NCBI GenBank assembly: GCA_045863335.1
Contig: BTVY01000025.1
Coordinates: 947 to 64,946 of the forward strand
From: Candidatus Hydrogenedentota bacterium
GTDB lineage: Bacteria > Hydrogenedentota > Hydrogenedentia > Hydrogenedentales > SLHB01
Direction of reading: 5' to 3'
DNA: 64,000 nucleotides
Part shown: positions 38,467 to 47,644 of the stretch, in pieces
How the letters are laid out: each line of letters starts with the position of its first letter
Position numbering within the stretch: position 1 is the stretch's first letter
The notes under the pieces: generated by a model
Seen by the model: the letters and a program-made list of their open reading frames with translations, nothing else
Told to the model about the DNA's origin: nothing
Databases searched by the model: none
Position numbers and translations under genes: made by a program

Positions 38467-39633
38467 TCAGACCTTTTCCCACTTGCGCGATTTGTTGGAT
38501 TTTTCCACGGCGGCCAGGACGCGCTGGCATGCGAGTCCATCTTCAAACGTGGGATATGTGACTTTCTTCCGGTTCAGTTGGGTCAGGAAATCGTAGACCT
38601 CGTGCGTGAAGAGGTGCTCGTAGCCGATGATGTGGGCGCTGGGCCACCAGGCTTCCGTGTAGGGGTGGCCGGGGTCGGTCGCGTGGACGCGGCGGAAGCC
38701 CTGGACATGCCCGGGATCGTCGCCGTTGTAGTAGTGGAAAACGTTCATCTCTTCCTGGTTCCAGAGCACGCTGCCCTTGCTGCCGTTCACCTCGATGCTG
38801 TTGTGGTTGCGGCGACCCGGGGCGAAGCGCGTGGCTTCAAAGGTCGCCAGCGCGCGCGAACCTTTGATCGTGCCGATGAAAATGGCCGCATCATCCACGT
38901 CAACTTTGCCCATCTTGCCGCGTTTCTTGTGGCCCGACTTGGCGGCGATGGTCGCGGCAGTGTCCGAGATGGGACGCTTCGTAACGAAGGTCCGCATGAT
39001 GGACGACACGGAGTCGATGGGACCGACAAGGTTGTGGCACATATCAACGATATGGGCGCCGATGTCGCCCAAGGTGCCCGAACCGGCGGTCTTCTTCTGT
39101 AAGCGCCAGTTCAGGGGGAAGTCGGGGTCTACGATCCAGTCCTGCTGGTAGGCGGCGCGGAAGTGGTAGATCTCGCCGAGTTCACCGGACTGGATCATCT
39201 TCTTGATGGTGCCGATGGCCGGCACGAAGCGATAGGAAAACCCGCAGAGATTCTGCACGCCCGCCTTTTTGACAGCGGCGACCATGTCCTCGGCCTGTTT
39301 CAGGGTGTTGGCCAAGGGCTTTTCGCAGATGATGTGCTTGCCGGCCTTCGCGGCGGCGACAACCATCGGATGATGTTGATCTCCGGAAGCCGATACGTCG
39401 ACCACGTCGATGTCTTCACGGGCGATGACGCGCTTCCAGTTCGTGTCCCACTCTTCCCAACCGAGCTTTTCGGCGGCGTCCTTTGTGTCGCTGTCGCTGC
39501 GCCCGCATATGACCTTCATGACCGGTTCAACGGGCAGGTCAAAAAAGCGCCCGACCTGCCGGAACGCATTGCTGTGGGCCTTGCCCATGAACTTCGTGCC
39601 AATCAAGGCGACGTTAACTTTCTTCTTGGCCAT
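38467..39633 (-). CDS. Gfo/Idh/MocA family oxidoreductase
   Basis: MAKKKVNVALIGTKFMGKAHSNAF...ICEKPLANTL. GGAGGAGGG ribosome-binding site before the ATG at 39633. The ORF track's longer version (to 40455) overlaps the plus-strand gene and is rejected. Confidence 0.8.
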   Translation of the reverse strand: MAKKKVNVALIGTKFMGKAHSNAFRQVGRFFDLPVEPVMKVICGRSDSDTKDAAEKLGWEEWDTNWKRVIAREDIDVVDVSASGDQHHPMVVAAAKAGKHIICEKPLANTLKQAEDMVAAVKKAGVQNLCGFSYRFVPAIGTIKKMIQSGELGEIYHFRAAYQQDWIVDPDFPLNWRLQKKTAGSGTLGDIGAHIVDMCHNLVGPIDSVSSIMRTFVTKRPISDTAATIAAKSGHKKRGKMGKVDVDDAAIFIGTIKGSRALATFEATRFAPGRRNHNSIEVNGSKGSVLWNQEEMNVFHYYNGDDPGHVQGFRRVHATDPGHPYTEAWWPSAHIIGYEHLFTHEVYDFLTQLNRKKVTYPTFEDGLACQRVLAAVEKSNKSRKWEKV

Positions 39634-39750
39634 TCGACTCCCTCCTCCGCTTGTCTCAGGGTGCGTGATTGAACAATCGCCGCCCATTATATAACTGAGC
39701 GGGGAGATTGCCAACACCGAGGTGGGTCGGGGGAAACGCAGGACTGCGGA

Positions 39751-41934
39751 TTGTCTGCCCGGTACCGGCACGATATACTCCGGTCGATGTTGAACGAATC
39801 TCTCTTCCGCCTGATTAACGGCATCTGGAAAAATCCGCTTCTCGATCGCATCATCCCGATCTTTTCCGATAAGGACCTGGTCCTCATTCCCGGCGCCGTG
39901 CTGGTGGGGATTCTGGTTTACTTCGGCGGAAAGCGCATGCGGCTGTGCCTGTTGGCGTTCATTCCCGCGCTCATACTTTCGGATAGCGGGTCGGCCGCGA
40001 TTCTCAAGAATCTCTTTGGCATGCCCCGGCCGTATGTCGTGCTGGAAGATGTTCACCTTTGCCGGGGGTATGAGTGGACTCTTTCCCAACCTGACCTCTA
40101 CGCGGACAGCGGCCCTATCTACGGGTTTCCTTCGTCCCATGCGGCCAATGCGGCTGCGGTTGCCGTGGTATTGGCAATCCTCAGCCGCAGGACGCTGCGG
40201 GCGACAGTGCCCTTGGCGTTGCTGATTGGCTACTCGCGCATCTACACCGGGAACCACTACCCAGGTGACGTGCTGGCCGGTTATCTCTGGGGGATTATGA
40301 GCGGGGGTGCTGCCGCGGGCCTCATGCTGCGGTTTGGGTCGCAGTATGCGGCGGATGGGCGGCGTCATGCGTCCTGGGCGGAGATTCATCCGGCGCGGCG
40401 CACCTTCTACCTCGTGCTGGGCGCGTGGACCTTGGGCAATTTCGCATTTGTCCACACGGGGCTCTTCGATCTCGCGGGCGATGAGGCGCAGTATTGGGTC
40501 TGGTCGCGGGAGTTGGCGTTGGGGTACTACAGCAAACCGCCCATGGTCGCGTATGTCATCGCCGCGTTCAGTTCGGCCGGCGGAAACGAGGCGTGGGCGA
40601 TTCGTTCCGCGGCAGTCATCTTGTCGTCGCTGACGCTCGCGCTGATCTATGCGCTTACGTTGCGCATCACCAAGCGGGAGCGGACCTCGCTGCTGGCGGC
40701 GATGGTGGCGCTGGCGCTACCGGCGATGTGGGCGGGGTCGGCGATCATGACGGTGGATCCCCTGCTTTGTTTCGCGTGGGCGGCGGCGCTCTATGCTTTT
40801 CACCGCGCGGTGCAGGGTGAGCAGGGGTACTGGTGGGTGCTGGGCTTCGCCCTGGGGTTTGGAATGCTCGCCAAGTACACGATGATCCTGCTCGTACTCG
40901 CGCTGATCGTGTATCTCGTGGCGGTGGAGCGGGCGCATTTGCGGACGCGGGGACCGTATATCGCGTTTGCGGTTGCCATGCTCTGTATGAGCGGTGTTGC
41001 ATACTGGAACTGGAGTCACGACTGGATTTCTCTGCGGCATACGGCCCGCATCGGCGCGGATGAAAGCGTGGACGCCGAAAGCGCGTTCGCGAACACCGCT
41101 GAATTGCTGGGAGCGCAATTGGGCGTAGCATCACCGTTCCTGTTTGGGCTTATGGTGTGGGCGGCCCTGGTGTGTATGAAGCGGCTCCGCCACGAACGTG
41201 ATGCGGCGCTTCTCGCGATCGCGTTCTTCGTGGTGTTTTTCGCGTATGTGCTGATTGCCTTGACGCACTCGCCGGAGCCGAACTGGCCGGTGTGCGCGTA
41301 CGTCACGGGCGCTCCCGCCCTGGCGTGGGTTTGGCGGGAACGGAATCGAACGCGCGGGTTTCAAACGCTCCTTATGGCGGGACTGGTTCTTGGCATCTTC
41401 ATGGGGCTTGCCGTGCGAAGCACCGGACTCGTGTACCTGGCCGCTGGTCCCGCGTCCAAGCCGGGCCACGCGCAACTGGGCCCCTTCACCTTTGACGTGG
41501 ACCGCGACCCCACGAACGCGTTGCAGGGCGGCCGCGAACTTGGGGCTGCGCTGACGGCGCACCGGGAATCGGGGTCTGACGAGAAGCCCTTCGTGTTCAG
41601 CGACCGGTATCAACTCGCGGTGTGGTCGGCGTTCTACACGAAGGGACGGCCCCGCGCGTACTGCATGAACGTCGGCGACCGCCGCATGAACCAGTACGAC
41701 CTTTGGGGAGGATGGGACGAGTTGACGGATCGTGATGGTCTGTTTGTCACCGGAGGCGATCCGCTGAAGACGCAGATGTTCATCAACTACATGGTGAGCG
41801 AAGGTTATTTCGAAAGCGGGGAACTGCTGGAGATGGTCGAAGCGCGCCGGGGCGACATTGTGGTGCGCCGGTTTTCGATTTCACTGATGCACGGGTACAC
41901 GGGCAAACCGTGGCCGGTGCCGGACACGTACTGA
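39751..41934 (+). CDS. fusion protein: N-terminal PAP2 (type-2 phosphatidic acid phosphatase) domain + ArnT/PMT-like (GT39/GT83-type) polytopic membrane glycosyltransferase
   Basis: PAP2 motifs KNLFGMPRP, FPSSHAAN and SRIYTGNHYPGDV (KxxxxxxRP / PSGH / SRxxxxxHxxxD) are followed by 12+ transmembrane segments with an ArnT-like VWSRELALGYYSKPPMVAY region. TTG at 39751 or ATG at 39787. Confidence 0.65.
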   Translation: MSARYRHDILRSMLNESLFRLINGIWKNPLLDRIIPIFSDKDLVLIPGAVLVGILVYFGGKRMRLCLLAFIPALILSDSGSAAILKNLFGMPRPYVVLEDVHLCRGYEWTLSQPDLYADSGPIYGFPSSHAANAAAVAVVLAILSRRTLRATVPLALLIGYSRIYTGNHYPGDVLAGYLWGIMSGGAAAGLMLRFGSQYAADGRRHASWAEIHPARRTFYLVLGAWTLGNFAFVHTGLFDLAGDEAQYWVWSRELALGYYSKPPMVAYVIAAFSSAGGNEAWAIRSAAVILSSLTLALIYALTLRITKRERTSLLAAMVALALPAMWAGSAIMTVDPLLCFAWAAALYAFHRAVQGEQGYWWVLGFALGFGMLAKYTMILLVLALIVYLVAVERAHLRTRGPYIAFAVAMLCMSGVAYWNWSHDWISLRHTARIGADESVDAESAFANTAELLGAQLGVASPFLFGLMVWAALVCMKRLRHERDAALLAIAFFVVFFAYVLIALTHSPEPNWPVCAYVTGAPALAWVWRERNRTRGFQTLLMAGLVLGIFMGLAVRSTGLVYLAAGPASKPGHAQLGPFTFDVDRDPTNALQGGRELGAALTAHRESGSDEKPFVFSDRYQLAVWSAFYTKGRPRAYCMNVGDRRMNQYDLWGGWDELTDRDGLFVTGGDPLKTQMFINYMVSEGYFESGELLEMVEARRGDIVVRRFSISLMHGYTGKPWPVPDTY

Positions 41935-42009
41935 GATTTGGTAGCCGTGACATTGCTGCCGCCCGCACTTACAATGCGACGACACAATGGGAACTTCAGG
42001 GGAAACGCC

Positions 42010-43557
42010 ATGACGCGATTGTTGGTTCGCTTTGATCTGTGTGTAGTCGTATGTATCGCTTCTTTCTTGTCGGCTGCGGCCAAGTCTCAGACTTTGCTTG
42101 ATTCGGTGACGCGGCAACTCGATTTTCGCGCGCAACGGTCGAGCAGCGCGAATGAGGACCTCGCGAAGAACGGCGATGCACGGCCGATCCCGGCCGGGCA
42201 GGAACTGGTGCTTGCCGACCTGGAGGGGCCGGGCATCGTCACGCACATCTGGTGCACCATCGGCACGGAAGATTACTTCCACGGCCGATCGCATGTGCTG
42301 AAGGTTTATTACGACGGCGCGGAGCGGCCGAGCGTGCAGGTCCCGCTGGGGGATTTCTTCGGCATGGGCCATGCCGCGTGGGAGGATTACGAGTCCGCGG
42401 TAGCCGTGATCTCCTCCGAGGGCCGTGCGCGTACATGCTATTGGAAAATGCCCTTTAAGCAACACATCAAGATCGCCGTGGCCAACCAGGGCGAGCACGA
42501 TACGGATTCGTTTTACTTTTACGTGGACTGGGAGAAGCATGAAAGTCTTCCCGAAGACACGGTGTATTTTCACGCCCAGTACCGGCAGGAGAATCCCACG
42601 GGTCCCGAGGATTTCGTGCTGCTCGACACGAAAGGGCACGGGCAGTACGTGGGCACCGTGTATTCGGCGCACATGACGGAGATCGGGTGGTTTGGCGAAG
42701 GGGATGACCGGTTCTACGTGGACGGTGAGGCGTATCCGTCGCTCAGCGGCACGGGCACGGAAGACTATTTCTGCGACGCGTGGGGATTCCGCAAGTTTGA
42801 TACGCCGTACTTCGGCGTGTCGTTGTGGGACGGGTATTTCGCGGGCGACCGGGTGACCGCGTACCGGTGGCACTTGCCCGATCCGGTTCCCTTCCAAGAA
42901 TCGCTGCGCGTGCAGATGGAAACGCGCGGGAGCGTCTTCTCGCGAAACGCGGAGCACCTGGGCCAGTTCCTGCCGCGGCAGGATTTCGTGAGCGCGGTGG
43001 CGTATTGGTACCAGTGGCCCGCGGTCGAGATTGCGGAGGATTTGCCGGCGGCGAAGGATCGCATCGCGCCGTACCGGATTGTCCCGGCCCAGGACCTGGA
43101 AGTGCGCGCGGATCCGGCGATGGGGCTTTCCAAAGGCGGCGAGGGCGTCCAGTACGCGGGGTTCACGCCGACGGGCACGGTATCGATCGATTTCACAGTG
43201 CCCGAAGACGGCCGCTACCAAATCAATGCGGTGATGAGCTACGGCTTCATCGGCGGCGTGTATCAGGCCGATCTCAACGGCGTGCCGATCGGGGGTCCCG
43301 TCGATTTCTGCCGGGAAGGACTGGACCCGGTGTGGACGCGGTTTGATGTCCATGACATGAAGGCGGGTGAAACGTATACGTTAACGTTTACCGGTCAGGG
43401 TCCGTCGCCCAACAAGCGGACCAGCACGCCGCCGATGCACGGGTTAGGGATGCGTTCGCTGATCCTGCTGCGTCTCGACGATCTTCCGGGTTTTGAGAAG
43501 ACCCTTGAGGCGGAATTGGAAAGACGCAAGGCATCAGAAAACCCCACAGGACAATAA
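42010..43557 (+). CDS. DUF2961 (GH172-like) family secreted protein
   Basis: Signal peptide. Blocks GPGIVTHIW, GDDRFYVDGE and GTGTEDYFCDAWG are as I recall for DUF2961/GH172. Confidence 0.55.
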   Translation: MTRLLVRFDLCVVVCIASFLSAAAKSQTLLDSVTRQLDFRAQRSSSANEDLAKNGDARPIPAGQELVLADLEGPGIVTHIWCTIGTEDYFHGRSHVLKVYYDGAERPSVQVPLGDFFGMGHAAWEDYESAVAVISSEGRARTCYWKMPFKQHIKIAVANQGEHDTDSFYFYVDWEKHESLPEDTVYFHAQYRQENPTGPEDFVLLDTKGHGQYVGTVYSAHMTEIGWFGEGDDRFYVDGEAYPSLSGTGTEDYFCDAWGFRKFDTPYFGVSLWDGYFAGDRVTAYRWHLPDPVPFQESLRVQMETRGSVFSRNAEHLGQFLPRQDFVSAVAYWYQWPAVEIAEDLPAAKDRIAPYRIVPAQDLEVRADPAMGLSKGGEGVQYAGFTPTGTVSIDFTVPEDGRYQINAVMSYGFIGGVYQADLNGVPIGGPVDFCREGLDPVWTRFDVHDMKAGETYTLTFTGQGPSPNKRTSTPPMHGLGMRSLILLRLDDLPGFEKTLEAELERRKASENPTGQ

Positions 43558-43559
43558 GA

Positions 43560-43904
43560 ATGAAGGAACCGCCCATCTGGAATACCTCGGAAGCCGCCGC
43601 GTTTTCCGAAGAGAAGATGAAGAAGGTAAACCTGTACGAGTCGCACCGAATGTTTTGCGATGTGTATTGCCTCTTGCCGGGACAGTGCCAACGGTCGCAC
43701 GTCCATAACGACGAGGATAAAGTCTATCACGCGCTAACGGGGACCTGCGACGTGCAGATCGAGGATGAAACGTATCCGTTGCCGCCGGGGCACGTGGCCG
43801 TGGCGCCGGCAGGCGTATACCACGGCATCGTCAACAACAGCGACGAACCGGCGACCGTGCTGGTCGTGATGGCGCCTCACCCCAAACTGCGACATGACAC
43901 GTAA
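43560..43904 (+). CDS. cupin domain protein
   Basis: SHVHNDEDKVYHALTGTCDV...PAGVYHGIVN is a two-motif cupin. Confidence 0.55.
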   Translation: MKEPPIWNTSEAAAFSEEKMKKVNLYESHRMFCDVYCLLPGQCQRSHVHNDEDKVYHALTGTCDVQIEDETYPLPPGHVAVAPAGVYHGIVNNSDEPATVLVVMAPHPKLRHDT

Positions 43905-44277
43905 CTTGGACGACACCGGAAGCTTTTATGAGGCCGTGTACCGGCTCGTGCGCGCGATCCCGCGTGGTCGCGTGATGACCTATGGCCAGATTGCGACGAT
44001 CCTCGGGGCGCCGCGCGCGGCGCGGGCCGTGGGCTATGCGCTCCGGGCTTGCAAGAGTAAAGACATCCCTTGGCAGCGGGTCATCAACCATCGCGGGGCG
44101 ATCAGCGGCCGCGGCGACATCGAACGTCCGCACCTGCAGCGGGTACTGCTGGAACGCGAAGGCGTCCGCTTCAACGCGGAGGATCGCTGCGACCTGAAGA
44201 AGCTTCGCTGGGAACCGCCGGACCCGGACGAATACGCGTACGCGGATCTGGACGATGCGGATCTTCCGTTTCGATGA
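43894..44277 (+). CDS. alkyltransferase-like protein (Atl; MGMT/Ogt DNA-binding domain with Cys replaced by Trp)
   Basis: YGQIATILGAPRAARAVGYAL (HTH) followed by PWQRVINHRG. In the O6-alkylguanine methyltransferase family this position is PCHRV. PW(H/Q)RV is the hallmark of the non-catalytic Atl/YbaZ type. Confidence 0.7.
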   Translation: MTRNLDDTGSFYEAVYRLVRAIPRGRVMTYGQIATILGAPRAARAVGYALRACKSKDIPWQRVINHRGAISGRGDIERPHLQRVLLEREGVRFNAEDRCDLKKLRWEPPDPDEYAYADLDDADLPFR

Positions 44278-44349
44278 TTCGCGACGGGTTAAGCCCGTGC
44301 CGTTGGATGATACTTCGAGCGCAAATCCACATCGTGATGCGATCGCATC

Positions 44350-44378
44350 TTGACATCATCCAATTTGTGTGGGATACT
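44350..44378 (+). promoter_or_regulatory. sigma-70-like promoter (TTGACA-N17-GATACT) driving a near-leaderless vapBC transcript
   Basis: A perfect -35 hexamer at 44350-44355, a 17-bp spacer and a -10-like GATACT. The vapB ATG lies 8 nt downstream of the -10. Confidence 0.45.
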
Positions 44379-44385
44379 TAACGTT

Positions 44386-44613
44386 ATGAGAACCACACTC
44401 GTTATCGACGATGACTTGCTAGCGGCCGCGAAGAATTTGGCGCGTGCAAAGTCGGTTTCCGTCGGCCGGGTCCTTTCCGATCTGGCGCGTCGGGGGCTCC
44501 AGTCGACGAACCGGGTAAGTTCGGCAAGCAGTGGATTCCCGGTGTTCCGCGTTCCTCCCGATGCGGGTCCCATCACAAGTGACGATGTGAAGCAGGCCGA
44601 GGATGAACCGTGA
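44386..44613 (+). CDS. vapB: type II antitoxin VapB-like (ribbon-helix-helix/AbrB-like)
   Basis: 75 aa; MRTTLVIDDDLLAAAKNLARAKSVSVGRVLSDLARRGL. The stop overlaps the downstream PIN gene. Confidence 0.55.
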   Translation: MRTTLVIDDDLLAAAKNLARAKSVSVGRVLSDLARRGLQSTNRVSSASSGFPVFRVPPDAGPITSDDVKQAEDEP

Positions 44614-45059
44614 GCGTCGCGCTGCTGGACGTGAATGTCCTCGTCGCACTCGCATGGCCCACTCACATTCATCATCGTGCCGCGCACCGGTGGTTTGATC
44701 ACAATCATTCCAAGGGTTGGGCGACTTGCCCATTGACTCAGTGCGGCTTTGTCCGGGTTAGTTCCAACTCTAACGTCATTCGCGAAGCCGTTGAACCCCT
44801 CGAGGCTCTAGCGTTGCTGCAACAGATAGTGACGTTGAAGGGCCATACGTTTTGGCCAGACGCACTTCCGCTCATCGACGAACCAGTGCCCACTGACCTC
44901 TTGGCCGGGCATCGGCAGATTACGGACGCGTACCTCTTGGCGTTGGCGATTCACAATCAGGGAAAATTGGCAACCCTGGATCGCGGCATTGCCGCGTTAC
45001 TGCCCGATACGAGTGCTTCCAAGAGCGCACTCGAACTCATACCGGCCGAGTTTCCGTGA
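44610..45059 (+). CDS. vapC: type II toxin VapC (PIN domain ribonuclease)
   Basis: LLDVNVLVAL (PIN Asp 1) and TDAYLLALAIHNQGKLATLDRGIA (conserved D near the C-terminus). A 4-bp overlap with vapB. Confidence 0.7.
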   Translation: MSVALLDVNVLVALAWPTHIHHRAAHRWFDHNHSKGWATCPLTQCGFVRVSSNSNVIREAVEPLEALALLQQIVTLKGHTFWPDALPLIDEPVPTDLLAGHRQITDAYLLALAIHNQGKLATLDRGIAALLPDTSASKSALELIPAEFP

Positions 45060-45259
45060 AATAGCACCGGCGTAGCATTCGCCCGCTCAGACGTAATGTG
45101 CGCCTTAAAAAAACGAGGCCGCGCGATGACTGTCCGCACCTCCGCGAGGATGCCCGGCGGCTCCAAGGACGACGACGCGAACGGTACCCTCTCTCCCATG
45201 CGGCGTGCTAGAATGCCGCGGCTTTCCGATACACCTCCTTGGACCGAAAGGTTTCGTTT

Positions 45260-46069
45260 GTGCTGTACATCAACGCATTTCTCCTTTCCATTGTGGAAGG
45301 ATTCACCGAGTTCCTGCCCATCAGCAGTACCGGTCATCTGATCATTGTCGAGTCCTTCCTGCGGCTTAGCGAGGATCCGAACTCGACCTTTCCGTTTTCC
45401 TTTATGGTCATCATTCAGTTGCCGGCAATCTTTGCGGTGGTCGTCTATTTCTGGCGGAAGTTGTGGCCATTCACCGGAGACGCGTCGCATCGTCAGATGA
45501 CGGTCTTGTTGTGGTTTAACATTGCGGTTGCCGTGATTCCCGCGGTGGTGCTGGGGCTCATGTTCAACGACCTTATCGAAGAATACCTCGCGCATGAGAT
45601 CCCGGTGGCCATCGCGCTCTTTGTTGGCGGCGTTATCCTGATCGCCATCGAACGCAGGCAATTGCCGGTACGATTTGAGACGGTTTACGACGTCACGATC
45701 ACGACCGCCTTCGCTATCGGCTTCTTTCAGTGTCTCGCCATGTTGCCGGGCACGTCGCGCTCGGCGGCGACGATCATCGGCGCGATGCTGTTAGGGGCAA
45801 GCCGTCCGGCCGCGGCGGAGTTTTCGTTCTTTCTGGCCATCCCGACCATGTTCGGCGCGACCGTCCTTACGATTGCGAAAAGCGGATTGTCCTTTACCGG
45901 ACCGCAGTGGGCGGCGATCGCGCTGGGTTCCGTGGTGTCGTTTGTGACGGCTTACGCCGCAGTGGCCTTCCTCATGCGCTATATTCAGCGGAACGATTTC
46001 AAGGCCTTCGGGTACTACCGCATCGCGCTCGCGGTGTTGGTCGTCATCTCCTACTATGCCTTCGGATAG
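45260..46069 (+). CDS. uppP: undecaprenyl-diphosphate phosphatase
   Basis: LLSIVEGFTEFLPISSTGHL and GTSRSAATIIGAMLLG are canonical UppP/BacA motifs. GAAAGG ribosome-binding site 8 nt before the GTG at 45260. Confidence 0.85.
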   Translation: MLYINAFLLSIVEGFTEFLPISSTGHLIIVESFLRLSEDPNSTFPFSFMVIIQLPAIFAVVVYFWRKLWPFTGDASHRQMTVLLWFNIAVAVIPAVVLGLMFNDLIEEYLAHEIPVAIALFVGGVILIAIERRQLPVRFETVYDVTITTAFAIGFFQCLAMLPGTSRSAATIIGAMLLGASRPAAAEFSFFLAIPTMFGATVLTIAKSGLSFTGPQWAAIALGSVVSFVTAYAAVAFLMRYIQRNDFKAFGYYRIALAVLVVISYYAFG

Positions 46070-47552
46070 CGCAACGCAAGACGGCAGCGTTTCCGTGTCT
46101 TGGTGGAAGGACGGGTATCTTGCCGGCCTTCTTCTGGTCTCGCTGGGCTTCGGTCTCGCGTTCATGGCACTCGGCGTGTACAAGCCGTGGCACCAGCGCA
46201 TCGCGGGCGTTGACCCGGTCGGGTATTACGCTTACGCGCGATCGCTGCTTTTCGACCAGGACCTCCAGTTTGCAAACGAGTACCGGGCGCTGAATGCGAA
46301 GGCGACGTTCACCGAAGGGTTCCTCATGAATCCCGACGGCGCGCGAACGGCGACGGGGCACCTTCCCAACCTGTTTTCCATCGGCCCCGGCATATTGTGG
46401 ACGCCCTTCGTTGGGATCGCGCACGGCGTGGCACTCATCACCGGCGAGGAAGCCGACGGATTCTCGCGGCCCTATCACACAGCGGTTTTCCTCGCGAACG
46501 CGTTTTACGGGCTGGCCGGGCTGGTCTGCACCTACCTTCTGCTGCGAACGTGGTTCTCGCAGGCGCACAGCGCGCTCGGGGCCTTCGCCGCCTGGACCTG
46601 CTCGCCCGCGCTCTACTACACCTACGGGCAGATCGCAATGGCGCACGCGGGCTCGTTCTTCTGCATCGCGCTCTTTCTGCTGCTCTGGGCGCGATTGCGC
46701 GAGCGCGACGCCCTGTGGCCGTGGGCGGTCATCGGCGCGGCGTTGGGGTTGGCGGCGCTGGTGCGTTGGCAGAATGCCGCGTTCGGCATTGTCCCGGCTA
46801 TCGACCTTCTTTGGAACCGGCGCGTGCGGGGCGTCGCGCCCTTGGCGCTGTGCGCCGGAGCGTCCATTGTGGCGTTCGCGCCGCAGATGATCGCCTGGAA
46901 ATTCCTCTACGGCTCGTTCTTCACAATCCCCCAGGGCGGCGCGTTCGTCGACTGGGGACGCCCGGACGTGATGAACACGCTGTTCTCGACGGCGTCAGGC
47001 TTGATCACCTGGACGCCGCTCTGCGCGGTGGCCATTGCGGGACTGTTCGTGTGGCGGCGAGAATACCGTCCGGTGTGGGTGGCGCTCGCGGCGGCCTTTG
47101 CGGTACAGCTCTATGTGAACTCCGTCGTGCCCGACGCGGGTTGGAGTTTCGGCATGCGGCGCATGGTGAATTGCACGCCCCTCTTCGCCGTCGGGATCGC
47201 TCAACTCGCGGCGCTGATACCGGGGCGATTGCGGTGGAACGTGGCGGTCGTGTTGGCCTTGGCATTCTGGAACTTCCTGTTCGTCTTGCAGTATTGCGGG
47301 TTCATCGACCGGTTCTACGTGGAGCGCGCGGCGCGGGAAAAGGCGGCGGAATTGAACGTGCCGGTTCAGGATCTGGTGAAGATGACCCAGTTGCCGAACG
47401 GCGAGGCCTTCGACCTGCGCGCATTCGCGAGCGAACACCGGTTTCCTCGTGGTAAAGAACTGACAGCACGACAGTTAACCACAGACAAACTCATCGTGTT
47501 TCGTTTCCTCGTCGAACGCGCGGCCTCCCCCGGAACGGAGGACGCGCCATAG
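46056..47552 (+). CDS. polytopic membrane protein, probable glycosyltransferase (GT39/DUF2723-like; tentative)
   Basis: About 12 predicted transmembrane helices. The start overlaps the uppP stop. I recognise no soluble catalytic motif. The class is inferred only from topology and neighbours. Confidence 0.35.
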   Translation: MPSDSATQDGSVSVSWWKDGYLAGLLLVSLGFGLAFMALGVYKPWHQRIAGVDPVGYYAYARSLLFDQDLQFANEYRALNAKATFTEGFLMNPDGARTATGHLPNLFSIGPGILWTPFVGIAHGVALITGEEADGFSRPYHTAVFLANAFYGLAGLVCTYLLLRTWFSQAHSALGAFAAWTCSPALYYTYGQIAMAHAGSFFCIALFLLLWARLRERDALWPWAVIGAALGLAALVRWQNAAFGIVPAIDLLWNRRVRGVAPLALCAGASIVAFAPQMIAWKFLYGSFFTIPQGGAFVDWGRPDVMNTLFSTASGLITWTPLCAVAIAGLFVWRREYRPVWVALAAAFAVQLYVNSVVPDAGWSFGMRRMVNCTPLFAVGIAQLAALIPGRLRWNVAVVLALAFWNFLFVLQYCGFIDRFYVERAAREKAAELNVPVQDLVKMTQLPNGEAFDLRAFASEHRFPRGKELTARQLTTDKLIVFRFLVERAASPGTEDAP

Positions 47553-47644
47553 CGCCGCAAACGGTTTTTCGCAGCCTTCCTTCGTGTGCTATCATTCGCC
47601 AAACTATCTACTTATCAGGCGTTCTGCCTTGGAAGGGGTTTTCG

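Noticed and set aside
38467-40455. 662-aa minus-strand ORF from the six-frame track
   Set aside because: Only the C-terminal 388 aa (from MAKKKVNVALIG at 39633, with a GGAGGAGGG ribosome-binding site) is a Gfo/Idh/MocA protein. The upstream 270 codons overlap the well-supported plus-strand PAP2-GT gene and have no protein-like features. The extension is a GC-rich open-frame artefact.
2900-47455. Many long antisense or overlapping ORFs (e.g. 2900..3601 -, 19752..20876 +, 23308..24552 -, 46397..47455 +, 29439..30437 -)
   Set aside because: They lie opposite or inside strongly supported genes and are Arg/Pro/Ala/Gly-rich with no recognisable motifs. This is expected from the absence of stops in a ~62% GC genome.
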